From Flavobacteriales bacterium (lineage in GTDB: Bacteria > Bacteroidota > Bacteroidia > Flavobacteriales_F > PHOS-HE28): a stretch of DNA of 64,000 nt. Positions 36,718 to 46,101 of the stretch are shown one piece after another. The DNA is taken from assembly GCA_023382455.1 (NCBI GenBank), contig JAHDVX010000012.1, positions 44,519 to 108,518 of the forward strand. The letters are read 5' to 3'. The position numbers were made by a program, and so were the translations under genes. Positions within the stretch are counted from its first letter, which is position 1; each line of letters opens with the position of its first letter. The notes under the pieces were generated by a model. The model saw nothing but the letters and a program-made list of their open reading frames with translations, searched no databases and was not told the DNA's origin.

Positions 36718-37716
36718 TCAGGCTGCCAAGAGAAAATCCACTCCCTCCACCAGCCCCCGCGAAGACAAGTACACCGCGATGCGGTCGCCGCTGCCGCGCT
36801 GGCTGATCATGGACACGATGAAGGCTTCCCCGGCGGACGGAAGCCGATCGTGCGGAATGAAGGCATAGCCGGGGACTTCCCGGGGCCGCACATCGGTGAA
36901 CGCATGGATGGCGATCCCTTTCGCCTCCAACAAATTGGCCCGGCTCCGGCAGATGCCGCTGGTGCCCGCGATGATGAGCAGCCTGCCGCCCAGCTCCCGC
37001 TTCAACCAGCGGGCCAACCAATGCACTTTGGTGCGGAAGAACGCCTCCGTGCTGTAATGGGGATGCGTGCGGCTGAGGCGTTGCGCATGGTCGTTCCACG
37101 TCAGGAGTTCCTCGGGCAGCTTCGCGAAGCGCACCCCGGCATCCATCCAGCGCAACCACAGCTCGTGGTCCTCGGGCATGGGTTCCGTGCTGTAGCCGCC
37201 ATACCGTTCTACCAGTTCGCGGCGGAACATCACGGTGGGATGGGCCAGGGGCGCATCCACGAAGCGTTTGATGCAGTGTTCGTGCGGCGTGACGATGGTG
37301 TTCTGCCATTGCACGAACCAGCGCATGCCGCTGCTTTGCGCCACGGTGCTGGCGAATCGTGTTTGGGTACCGAGCACACCGATGTCCGGACTTGCCTCCA
37401 TGAACGCGAACTGTTTGGACAATCGCTCCGGATGGCTGATATCGTCGGCATCCATGCGGGCGATGTAGCGGCCCTGCGCTTGGGCCAGCCCGGTGTTCAA
37501 GGCGTGCGCAATGCCGACCGTTGGCTCCTGCACCAGCCGGATGCGCGTATCGCGCCGCGCCCATCGCTCGGCGATCGACGGGCCTTCATCTGTGGAGGCA
37601 TTGTCGATCAGCAGCAGCTCCCAGTCCGCGAGGGTTTGCGCAGCCATGCTGGCAATAGCGGCCTGCAAGGTGGGCGCGGCGTTGCGGAAGGGGAGGAGGA
37701 TGAATACGACCGACAT
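36718..37716 (-). CDS. Glycosyltransferase family 2
   Basis: VVFILLPFRNAAPTL...LLLIDNASTDE...MDADD GT2 motifs. Confidence 0.85.
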   Translation of the reverse strand: MSVVFILLPFRNAAPTLQAAIASMAAQTLADWELLLIDNASTDEGPSIAERWARRDTRIRLVQEPTVGIAHALNTGLAQAQGRYIARMDADDISHPERLSKQFAFMEASPDIGVLGTQTRFASTVAQSSGMRWFVQWQNTIVTPHEHCIKRFVDAPLAHPTVMFRRELVERYGGYSTEPMPEDHELWLRWMDAGVRFAKLPEELLTWNDHAQRLSRTHPHYSTEAFFRTKVHWLARWLKRELGGRLLIIAGTSGICRSRANLLEAKGIAIHAFTDVRPREVPGYAFIPHDRLPSAGEAFIVSMISQRGSGDRIAVYLSSRGLVEGVDFLLAA

Positions 37717-37833
37717 AGGGCGAAGATGGACCTTTTGTGGCTGGGGAAAACTTCCTTGTGAATGGCGGTGTCCGACAGCTTCCTCGGCCTATCTTGCCAC
37801 CAAACCTTTGACGGCAAATCTGCCAAAGCACAA

Positions 37834-38787
37834 ATGACAAGTGTGGAGATCTGCGCCGGTGCAGGCGGGCAATCCTTGGGCTTGGAGCGGGCCGGTTTCG
37901 ACCATGAAGCCTTGGTGGAGATCGATGATGCCTGCTGTGCCACCTTGCGCCTGAACAGGCCGCAATGGAATGTGCTGCATGGCGACGTCAATGGATTCGA
38001 TGGGCGGCCATTCAAGGGTGTAGAACTGTTGGCAGGAGGAGTTCCATGTCCGCCATTCTCCGTGGCCGGAAAACAACTTGGCGCGAAGGATGAGCGGGAC
38101 CTTTTCCCGGAAGCGCTGAGGCTGACCGATGAGATCAGGCCGCGTGCCGTGATGCTGGAGAATGTGCGCGGATTTCTTGACCCGGCCTTCGAGGGTTATC
38201 GGAACCGCCTGTTCGGCCAATTCAGGAAGCTGGGCTACAAACCAGCGATACGCCTATTCCAAGCCTCGGATCACGGGGTGCCCCAGCTACGCCCACGGGT
38301 AGTGATCGTCGCCTTGCGCCCATCGGACGCCGATCATTTTACTTGGCCGGAGAAGAGCACCACACCAGCCCCCACTGTGGGCGAGACCTTGGAGGACCTG
38401 ATGGCAGCGAATGGATGGGCTGGTGCCCGGCAATGGGCAGCGGGCGCACGGGCAATCGCACCGACGATCGTTGGAGGTAGCAAGAAGCATGGTGGACCTG
38501 ATCTGGGACCCACTCGGGCCCGGAAGGCTTGGGCACAATTGGGCGTAGAGGGCGGCACCATTGCGGAAACCGCACCGGAACCAGGCTTCACGGGCATGCC
38601 TCGGCTGACTGTTCGCATGGTCGCGCGGATCCAAGGATTTCCTGACGATTGGCATTTCAGCGGTCGCAAGACCGCCGCCTACCGGCAAGTGGGCAATGCC
38701 TTCCCTCCGCCAGTGGCGGAGGCGGTGGGGCGGAGTATACAAGAGGTGTTCGAGCGTGCATCATTGCGCAGCGTAATGGTGGCATGA
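37834..38787 (+). CDS. DNA (cytosine-5)-methyltransferase (Dcm family); modification subunit of a Type II R-M pair
   Basis: Motif I EICAGAGG, IV GVPCPPFSVAG, VI ENV, VIII QLRPRVVIVA, X QVGNAFPPPVAEAVG. Lower GC than neighbours. Confidence 0.9.
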   Translation: MTSVEICAGAGGQSLGLERAGFDHEALVEIDDACCATLRLNRPQWNVLHGDVNGFDGRPFKGVELLAGGVPCPPFSVAGKQLGAKDERDLFPEALRLTDEIRPRAVMLENVRGFLDPAFEGYRNRLFGQFRKLGYKPAIRLFQASDHGVPQLRPRVVIVALRPSDADHFTWPEKSTTPAPTVGETLEDLMAANGWAGARQWAAGARAIAPTIVGGSKKHGGPDLGPTRARKAWAQLGVEGGTIAETAPEPGFTGMPRLTVRMVARIQGFPDDWHFSGRKTAAYRQVGNAFPPPVAEAVGRSIQEVFERASLRSVMVA

Positions 38788-39377
38788 TGGCAAAGAAGAG
38801 CCAAGGTGCACGGGCAAAACTCAGGAGCTTCCTCTTTGAGCATGTAGGCGAGGTCCTGGAAGCCGAAACGCTTCGCGAAGTTTCAGGAGGTATCAGTGAA
38901 TGGGCCCGGCGGATCAGGGAATTGCGCGACGAGGAAGGGATGGATATCCAAACAAACAACGATCGCAGTGACCTGAAGCCAGGTCAATACATTTTGGTAT
39001 CAGCCAAGCCAAAGCCGGCCTTTGAGCGGGGTATTTCCAAAGAGACGAGGGCTTTGGTGTTGGACCGCAACGGTTTCACCTGTCAAATGTGCGGAACTGC
39101 CGCCGGAGAGCCGCACCCATACGATCAAGGGCGAAAGACCAGGCTCCATATCGGTCACATAGTGGATAAGTCCATGGGTGGCGATGACAGCCCGGGCAAC
39201 CTTAGGGCCATCTGTTCCGTGTGCAACGAGGGGGCTTCAAACCTGACATTGAACCGCCCTGACGCCATCAAGCTCATTGCCCAGATCCGTCGTGCATCCG
39301 GGAAGGATCAGCTTGATGTGCTTTACTGGCTTATGCGGAAATTCCCGGAACAGGTACGGAAGAAACTGGGCAAGTAG
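38784..39377 (+). CDS. HNH-family endonuclease, putative restriction enzyme partner of the C5-MTase
   Basis: ATG overlaps the MTase TGA (ATGA). CQMCG ... HIGHIVDKSMGGDDSPGNLRAICSVCNEGASN is an HNH/beta-beta-alpha-Me motif. AT-richer codon usage. Confidence 0.75.
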   Translation: MMAKKSQGARAKLRSFLFEHVGEVLEAETLREVSGGISEWARRIRELRDEEGMDIQTNNDRSDLKPGQYILVSAKPKPAFERGISKETRALVLDRNGFTCQMCGTAAGEPHPYDQGRKTRLHIGHIVDKSMGGDDSPGNLRAICSVCNEGASNLTLNRPDAIKLIAQIRRASGKDQLDVLYWLMRKFPEQVRKKLGK

Positions 39378-39448
39378 AATTGTTCCAACCGATCCATGTC
39401 ACCTCGACTTACGACATGGATGCCGAATTCTGGAAATATCCTATTCCC

Positions 39449-39964
39449 TCAATACCGCCCCAACTCCCCCGGATCGAACCCCGCGCGGATCAGCGCGTTC
39501 TTCGCGGCCTTGAAGGCCTTGTCCGTTCCGTTGTGCGGATGCACGGGTACCTCGGTGGCCTGCCGTAGCTCCTCCAGCAGTGCCTCGGTCTCGCTGGTCG
39601 CGAGCTTCTCGCAGGCTTCGTACATGCCGCCGTGCTCCTCTTCCAGGCGGTCGTGCTGCTCCAGCAGCAGGCGCACCAGGCGGAGCACCTCGGGCGTGGG
39701 CGGCGTCACCATCAGGGCGGTGAGCGCGCCGTGGTCCAGGCGGAGCTTGGCGGCCAGCGGCAGGGGCATGCCGCCGTTGGCCCTTTGCGCGGCGGGGAAG
39801 AGGATCTTCTCCTCCATCTTGATGTGCTTCAGCAGGCCGGTGCGGAATTGGTGGTAGAGGTCCATGCGTACCTCGCCGGGCGTGGCGGTGGCCCGGTCCA
39901 GCAGGTCGTCCAGGCGGCGGTGGTCCTCGGTGAAGAAGCGGTGGAGGGGTTTGTCTTTGGGCAT
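39449..39964 (-). CDS. Hemerythrin HHE cation-binding domain protein
   Basis: HIKMEEKILFPAA and LLEQHDRLEEEHGGMYEA HHE-type motifs. Confidence 0.7.
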   Translation of the reverse strand: MPKDKPLHRFFTEDHRRLDDLLDRATATPGEVRMDLYHQFRTGLLKHIKMEEKILFPAAQRANGGMPLPLAAKLRLDHGALTALMVTPPTPEVLRLVRLLLEQHDRLEEEHGGMYEACEKLATSETEALLEELRQATEVPVHPHNGTDKAFKAAKNALIRAGFDPGELGRY

Positions 39965-40226
39965 AAGGATGAGCGTATGGCGATGGTGGCAAAGGTCGCC
40001 CAAGATGGATCCCATGCATGCCGCGAAGGATTGCAAGGCAGCGGATCATTCCTCACCTTGCACCGGTGGCAGGCGTACGGTCGCCGCGCCACGGAGCCGT
40101 GACCAGGGCACAACTGCGCAAGGCCGCACGGGAGAAGATCCGCTTCGGGGATTGATCGGCCTTGTTTCCGCAGGGACCGCCTTGTCGAAGACCGCGGTAG
40201 GCTTGACCCTGCGGAAACAGGGGCCA

Positions 40227-42059
40227 TCAGTTTTCCGTGTGCGCTGTGCCGCTGTGGTGATTACCTGAAATGCCCAGCCCGTTCCACAGCGCCTCCGCCT
40301 TCTTCGCGCCGATCTCCTGCGCCACTTCTTCCGGCTTGGCCTCGCGGATGCCCTGGATGGAGCCGAAGCGATGGAGCAGCTTTTGCGTGGTGGCAGGGCC
40401 GATGCCGGCGATGTCCTCCAGGCCGGTGCGCACGGTGCGCTTGCTGCGCTTGCCGCGGTGGTGCGTGATGCCGAAGCGGTGCGCCTCGTTGCGCATCTGC
40501 TGGATCAGCCGCAGGCTGGTGCTGCGCTTGTCGATGTGCAGCGGATAGGGATCGCCGGGGAAGAAGATCTCCTCTAAGTTCTTGGCGATGCCCACCAGGG
40601 CCACCTTGCCGCGCAGGCCTAAGCGGTCGAACACGTTGAGCGCGGAGTGCAGCTGGCCCTTGCCGCCGTCGATCACCACCAATTGCGGCAACGGATCGCC
40701 CTCGGTGAGCAGGCGGGAGTAGCGCCGCTCCACGGCCTCTTCCATGCTGGCGAAATCGTCCGGCCCCTGCACGGTGCGGATGTTGAAGTGGCGGTAATCC
40801 TTCTTGCTGGGCTTGGCGTCCTTGAACACCACGCAGGCGCTCACCGGGTCGGTGCCCTGGGTGTTGCTGTTGTCGAAGCACTCGATGTGGCGCGGCAATT
40901 CGGTGAGGCGCAGGTCCTGCTTCAGTTGTTCCAGCACGCGGTCCGTGGCGGCCTCCGGGTCCACCAAGGCTTCCTGCTTCTGCTTCTCCAGCATGAAGTA
41001 GTGGGCGTTACGCTCGCCCATCTCCAGCAGGTGCTTTTTGTCGCCGCGCTGCGGTAGTGTGAAGGCGATGCCGGGCATCTCGATGCCGGGATCCATGGGC
41101 ACCACCGCCTCCGGCGCGTTGCTGCGGAAGCGCTGGCGCAGATCGGCGATGGCATATTGCAGCACCTCGTCGTCGGGCTCGTCCAGCCGGCGCTTCAGTT
41201 CCACGGTCACGCCGTGCACCACCGCGCCGTCGATCACCCGCATGTAGTTCACGAAGCTGCTGTGGGTGTTGCGTGCCAGGGCGAACACGTCCACGTCGCC
41301 CACGGTGGGGCTCACCACGGTGCTGCGCGCCTGGTATTTTTCCAACTGCTCCGCCTGCGCGCGGGCTTCTTCGGCCTCCTCGAACTCCAGTTTTTCGGCG
41401 TGCTCCAGCATGCGCTGCCGGAGGATCTTCACCACGCTGCCGATGCGCCCCTTGAGGATCTGCCGGGCCTGCGCCACGTTGGCGTTGTAGTCCTCCTCGC
41501 GCTGCAGGCCCTCGCACGGCCCGCGGCAATTGCCCATGTGCCATTCCAGGCAGCGCTTGTACTTGCCCTTGGCCACGTTCCCCGGGCTGAGGTCGTAGTT
41601 GCAGGTGCGCAGCTTGTACAGCTGGTGCACCAGCTTCAAGGCGGTGCGCATGGCGCCGGCCGAGGCGAAGGGCCCGATGTACTCCGAGCCGTCGTCCACG
41701 GGGTTGCGCATGCCCTCGATGCGCGGGTAGTGCTCGTTGCGGATGCGGATCCACGGGTAGCTCTTGTCGTCCTTCAGCAGGATGTTGTACCGCGGCTGGC
41801 ATTCCTTGATCAGCGAATTCTCCAGCAGCAGCGCATCATAGGGCGTTTCGGTGACGATGGTGCGCAGGTCGGCGATCTTGGCCACCAGCAGGCGTGTCTT
41901 GCCGTCGGGATGCTGCTTGGCGAAGTAGCTGCCCACGCGGCTTCGCAGGCTGGTGGCCTTGCCCACGTAGAGGATCTTCCCCTCGCCGTCGAAGAACTGG
42001 TACACGCCGGGCTTGGCGGGCAACAGGCGCACCTTGTCGCGGACATCGAGGGCGTTCAT
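40227..42059 (-). CDS. uvrC: Excinuclease ABC subunit C
   Basis: GIY-YIG N-terminus (PGVYQFFDGEGKILYVGKA), UvrBC-interaction and C-terminal HhH regions. Confidence 0.95.
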   Translation of the reverse strand: MNALDVRDKVRLLPAKPGVYQFFDGEGKILYVGKATSLRSRVGSYFAKQHPDGKTRLLVAKIADLRTIVTETPYDALLLENSLIKECQPRYNILLKDDKSYPWIRIRNEHYPRIEGMRNPVDDGSEYIGPFASAGAMRTALKLVHQLYKLRTCNYDLSPGNVAKGKYKRCLEWHMGNCRGPCEGLQREEDYNANVAQARQILKGRIGSVVKILRQRMLEHAEKLEFEEAEEARAQAEQLEKYQARSTVVSPTVGDVDVFALARNTHSSFVNYMRVIDGAVVHGVTVELKRRLDEPDDEVLQYAIADLRQRFRSNAPEAVVPMDPGIEMPGIAFTLPQRGDKKHLLEMGERNAHYFMLEKQKQEALVDPEAATDRVLEQLKQDLRLTELPRHIECFDNSNTQGTDPVSACVVFKDAKPSKKDYRHFNIRTVQGPDDFASMEEAVERRYSRLLTEGDPLPQLVVIDGGKGQLHSALNVFDRLGLRGKVALVGIAKNLEEIFFPGDPYPLHIDKRSTSLRLIQQMRNEAHRFGITHHRGKRSKRTVRTGLEDIAGIGPATTQKLLHRFGSIQGIREAKPEEVAQEIGAKKAEALWNGLGISGNHHSGTAHTEN

Positions 42060-42208
42060 CGGGGTTCCGGGGAAGCTGCAAAGGTACCGGGGGCACGGGT
42101 GAGTGCGGGAATGCGTATGTCAGGGCCCAACGGGGAAATGATGCAGGAACGCACCAACGATGGCGTGATCCTTCCCCCTACCTTGGCCGCCTACAGCATT
42201 CACCCGCC

Positions 42209-43231
42209 ATGCAATTCACCGCCGCGCAGATCGCAGCACTCCTACAAGGCACCGTGGAAGGCGACCCGGAGGCCACGGTAAGCCGCCTGTCCAAGATCGA
42301 GGAGGGCGGGCCCGGATCGCTGAGCTTCCTGGCCAATCCGGCCTACACGCAGTACGTGTACGGCACCACGGCCAGCGTGGTGATCATCGGGGAGTCGTTC
42401 CAGCTCACGGCGCCGGTGAAGACCACCCTGGTGCGCGTGGCCGATGCGCAGGCCGCCTTCGCGAAGGTGCTGGCCAAGTACAACACCATCAAGCTGGACA
42501 AGAAGGGCATTTCGCCGCAGGCGGTGGTGGAGCCGGGTGCCACCTACGGTACGGACTGCTACATCGGGCCGTTGGCCTTCATCGGTGCGAACGCGCGGCT
42601 GGGCAACAACGTGAAGATCTACCCGCAGGCCTACATCGGCGACAACGTCACAATCGGCGACAACACCACCGTCTTCGCCAACGTGACGATCTATTCCGAC
42701 TGCGTGGTGGGCGCCAACTGCATCCTCCACAGCGGCACGGTGATCGGGAGCGATGGCTTCCGCTTCGCCACGGGCCCCGATGCCGGGGCGAAGATCCCGC
42801 AGATCGGCAACGTGGTGATCGAGGACGACGTGGAGATCGGTGCCAACTGCGCCATCGACCGCGCCACGCTGGGCAGCACCACCCTTCGCAAGGGCGTCAA
42901 GTTCGACAACCTGATCCACATCGCGCACAATGTGGAGGTGGGGGAGAACACGTACTACGCGGCGGGCGGCGTGGTGGCGGGCAGCACCAAGATCGGCAGG
43001 AACTGCATGTTCAGCGGGCAGGTGGGCATCATCGGCCACCTGAAGATCGCCGACGGCACCATCATCGCCGCGCAGAGCGGCATCAGCAAGAACACCAAGG
43101 CAGGCGAGGCCTACATGGGCTCCCCGGCCTTCGAGGTGGCGAAGTACCGCAAGAGCTACATCCACTTCCGCAACCTGGACCGCATGGCCGAGCGGCTGGA
43201 CAAGCTGGAAAAGGCGGAGGAAGGGAAGTAG
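42209..43231 (+). CDS. lpxD: UDP-3-O-(3-hydroxyacyl)glucosamine N-acyltransferase
   Basis: ATG at 42209 gives MQFTAAQIAALLQGTVEGDPE; left-handed beta-helix hexapeptide repeats. The N-terminal extension in the track ORF is antisense to uvrC. Confidence 0.9.
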   Translation: MQFTAAQIAALLQGTVEGDPEATVSRLSKIEEGGPGSLSFLANPAYTQYVYGTTASVVIIGESFQLTAPVKTTLVRVADAQAAFAKVLAKYNTIKLDKKGISPQAVVEPGATYGTDCYIGPLAFIGANARLGNNVKIYPQAYIGDNVTIGDNTTVFANVTIYSDCVVGANCILHSGTVIGSDGFRFATGPDAGAKIPQIGNVVIEDDVEIGANCAIDRATLGSTTLRKGVKFDNLIHIAHNVEVGENTYYAAGGVVAGSTKIGRNCMFSGQVGIIGHLKIADGTIIAAQSGISKNTKAGEAYMGSPAFEVAKYRKSYIHFRNLDRMAERLDKLEKAEEGK

Positions 43232-43249
43232 GCGAACCATCTTTGCGCC

Positions 43250-43963
43250 GTGGGAACGATCCATTTCCAGGACCTGGGCACCATCGGTTTCGCCGAAGCC
43301 TGGGCGGTCCAGAAGCGCTTCTTCCAGCAAAGCCTGGACCGGAAGAAGGCCAACCGCGACCTGCCGGAGGCGGAACAGGTACCCACGCAGGACCACCTGC
43401 TCTTTTGCGAGCACCCGCACGTGTATACCTTGGGCAAGAGCGGCAAGCCGGCACACTTGCTCCTGGGCGAAGCCGAGCTGGGGCGGGAAGGTGTTGCGTT
43501 CTTCCCCATTGATCGGGGCGGCGACATCACCTACCACGGGCCAGGCCAGATCGTGGGCTATCCCATCCTCGACCTCGACCATTACTTCCACGACATGCGC
43601 CGCTTCATCGGCACATTGGAGGAGGCGGTGATCGGCACGCTGGAAGCGTACAGGATCAAGGCGGGCCGGATGGAGGGGCAAACGGGCGTCTGGCTTGATC
43701 CGGAAGATCCCGCCAAGGCGCGGAAGATCTGTGCCATCGGTGTGAAGGCCAGCCGCTGGGTCACCATGCACGGCTTCGCCTTCAACGCGAACACCGACCT
43801 TTCCTATTTCGACCACATCGTGCCGTGCGGCATCGCGGACAAGGGCGTCACCTGCATGGCGAAGGAGCTGGGCGGGCTGGTGGGCATCGAGGGCGTGAAG
43901 GAGCGGCTGAAGCTGGAGCTGGCCGACCTGTTCGAGGTGGAGCTGGCGGAGGCTGCGCTTTGA
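43250..43963 (+). CDS. lipB: Lipoyl(octanoyl) transferase
   Basis: GTG start; RGGDITYHGPGQIVGYPILDL ... catalytic Cys region ICAIGVKASRWVTMHGFAFN. Confidence 0.9.
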   Translation: MGTIHFQDLGTIGFAEAWAVQKRFFQQSLDRKKANRDLPEAEQVPTQDHLLFCEHPHVYTLGKSGKPAHLLLGEAELGREGVAFFPIDRGGDITYHGPGQIVGYPILDLDHYFHDMRRFIGTLEEAVIGTLEAYRIKAGRMEGQTGVWLDPEDPAKARKICAIGVKASRWVTMHGFAFNANTDLSYFDHIVPCGIADKGVTCMAKELGGLVGIEGVKERLKLELADLFEVELAEAAL

Positions 43964-44114
43964 TCTCACCGGTAATATCCGGCCCCCGCTTGGGGCTGGC
44001 TGGTGCTGCGGGCCATGCGCCATCGGCGGCAGACCCAAGGTGCCGATCCATGGACCACGAGGCCGGTAGCCGGCAAGGATCTCCGGTTATCTTCGAGGCG
44101 CAACCCTTTGTCCC

Positions 44115-45281
44115 ATGCGTATCCTTGTAAAGATCCTCTCCTGGCTGGCCGGCATCCTCGCGGTGCTGGTGGCCTTGTGCTACGTCACCGGCAACGGACA
44201 CATTCCCCGGGGTGTGCTCTTCACCTACCTGAAAGGGCGCACGGGGCCGGAGATCGACGACCGCAACTTCTTTCCCTACGCCACCATCCCGGCGGAGCAC
44301 CCGCAGCCTTGGCCCAAGAGCACCCGCTACGGCACACGGTCACTTTCCGACGATCAGGTGAAGGCCTTGAACCGACTGAACACCGTGGGCTTCGTGGTGA
44401 TCAAGGACGACAGCCTGTTGTTCGAGGATTATTTCGAGGGTTGGCGGGATGATTCGGTGAGCAATTCATTCAGCGTGGCCAAGAGCTACATCAGCGTGCT
44501 CACCGGCGTGGCCATGCAGGAAGGCCGGATCACCGACCTGCAAACACCCGTGGGCCAGTACCTGCCGGAGTTCGACCAGCTCGATCCCTGCCACAAGCCC
44601 ATCACGCTGTGGAACCTGCTTACCATGAGCACCGGCCTGGACTGGAGCGAGAGCGGCAGCAGCCCGTTCAGCGACAACGCCAAGGGCTACTACGGCTACA
44701 ACGTGCGCAAGCTGGCCATGGACCAGCCCTGCCGTGAGGAGCCCGGCAAGGAATTCGACTACATCAGCGGCAGCACGCAGATCATGGCCGACGTGCTGCA
44801 GGCGGTCTACGGCAAGCCCCTGCCGGAGCTGATGCGCGAGAAAGTGTGGGGGCCGCTCGGCGCGGAGCACGATGCCTTTTGGGGCAAGGACCGGAAGAGG
44901 GGCAATTACAAGGCCTTCTGCTGCCTTTATGCCACCGCCCGCGATTTCGCCCGCATCGGCCAGCTATGGCTGGACAGCGGCGAGTGGAAGGGGAAGCGCA
45001 TCGTGCCCCTGGAGTACTGGAGGGAATCCATCACCCCGGCCAAGCTGATGGACATGGGCGAGCCCAACGCGCGCTATGGCTATTACTGGTGGCTGGCCAC
45101 GGTGGACGGCATGCCCATGTACTACTGCCGCGGCTTCCACGGCGAATACGTGGTAGTGATCCCGCAGGAACGCCTGGTGATGGTGCGCACCGGAGCCAAG
45201 TGGGAGGAGAAGAATGAGTCCGGCCATCCGAAGGACGTATTCCAATGGCTGGAGATCGCGCGGTCGTTGGCTGAGGAGTAG
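44115..45281 (+). CDS. Serine hydrolase / beta-lactamase-family protein (N-terminal membrane anchor)
   Basis: SxxK motif SVAKSY; class-C-like fold elements. Confidence 0.8.
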   Translation: MRILVKILSWLAGILAVLVALCYVTGNGHIPRGVLFTYLKGRTGPEIDDRNFFPYATIPAEHPQPWPKSTRYGTRSLSDDQVKALNRLNTVGFVVIKDDSLLFEDYFEGWRDDSVSNSFSVAKSYISVLTGVAMQEGRITDLQTPVGQYLPEFDQLDPCHKPITLWNLLTMSTGLDWSESGSSPFSDNAKGYYGYNVRKLAMDQPCREEPGKEFDYISGSTQIMADVLQAVYGKPLPELMREKVWGPLGAEHDAFWGKDRKRGNYKAFCCLYATARDFARIGQLWLDSGEWKGKRIVPLEYWRESITPAKLMDMGEPNARYGYYWWLATVDGMPMYYCRGFHGEYVVVIPQERLVMVRTGAKWEEKNESGHPKDVFQWLEIARSLAEE

Positions 45282-45348
45282 TTCGTGAGCCTGTTAGTCG
45301 TGAGTCTTGAGCCCCGTTAGTCGATCTGCTATTAAATCCCTGACAATC

Positions 45349-46077
45349 ATGCGTCCCGACCACCCCACCGACCCCTCCAAGATCCTTTTCCTGGACATTG
45401 AGACCGTGCCGGCCGTGTACCACTTCGGCGAGCTGGATGAACATGCGGCCAAGCTCTTCAGCGACAAGACCCGCTATGAGCAGGAGCGCAACGGCCGCTC
45501 CGCGGAGGAGATCTACGCCGAGCGTGGCGGCATCCTGGCGGAGTTCGGCAAGATCGTGTGCATCGGCGTGGGCGCGTTGAAGAAGGAGGCCAACGGCCAC
45601 GCGCTGCGTGTCACCTCGTTCCACGGCGATGATGAACGCGATGTGCTCCAGCGCTTCACGGACCTGCTGAACAAGAGCTACAACACCGACGACCACTGGC
45701 TTTGCGGCCACAACGGCAAGGAGTTTGACTTCCCATGGATCGCGCGGCGCTGCGTGGTGCACGGCATCAAGCTGCCGCGCCTCCTGGACGTGGGCGGCCT
45801 GAAGCCTTGGCAGGTGGGCTTCATCGACACCATGCAGCTCTGGAGCTTCGGCGATCGCAAGAACTTCACGTCGTTGGCATTGCTCACGCATATCCTCGGC
45901 ATCTCCACGCCCAAGGACGACATCAGCGGCGCCGACGTGGCGCGGGTGTACTATGAGGAGAAGGACGTGGAGCGCATCGCCACGTATTGCCGGAAGGACG
46001 TGGTGGCCACGGTGCAGCTGTACCTGCGGCTGCGTGGAATACCGGCCGTGGATGCCGGGAACATCACCGTGGTGTGA
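45349..46077 (+). CDS. Predicted 3'-5' exonuclease (DnaQ-like, PolB-exo-related family)
   Basis: ILFLDIETVP Exo I motif; HNGKEFDFPW Exo II; YCRKDVVAT Exo III. Confidence 0.8.
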   Translation: MRPDHPTDPSKILFLDIETVPAVYHFGELDEHAAKLFSDKTRYEQERNGRSAEEIYAERGGILAEFGKIVCIGVGALKKEANGHALRVTSFHGDDERDVLQRFTDLLNKSYNTDDHWLCGHNGKEFDFPWIARRCVVHGIKLPRLLDVGGLKPWQVGFIDTMQLWSFGDRKNFTSLALLTHILGISTPKDDISGADVARVYYEEKDVERIATYCRKDVVATVQLYLRLRGIPAVDAGNITVV

Positions 46078-46101
46078 GGACGGGCAGTTTACTTTCACCG
46101 C

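Noticed and set aside
36665-37564. N-terminal 300 codons of the 514-aa minus ORF 36020..37564
   Set aside because: This stretch is antisense to the GT2 gene and Arg/His-rich. The real protein starts at the internal ATG (36664) with a signal peptide.
41894-42208. N-terminal extension of the lpxD track ORF
   Set aside because: It overlaps uvrC on the opposite strand. Canonical LpxD begins at MQFTAAQ (42209).
42242-44038. 598-aa minus ORF
   Set aside because: Antisense across lpxD and lipB.
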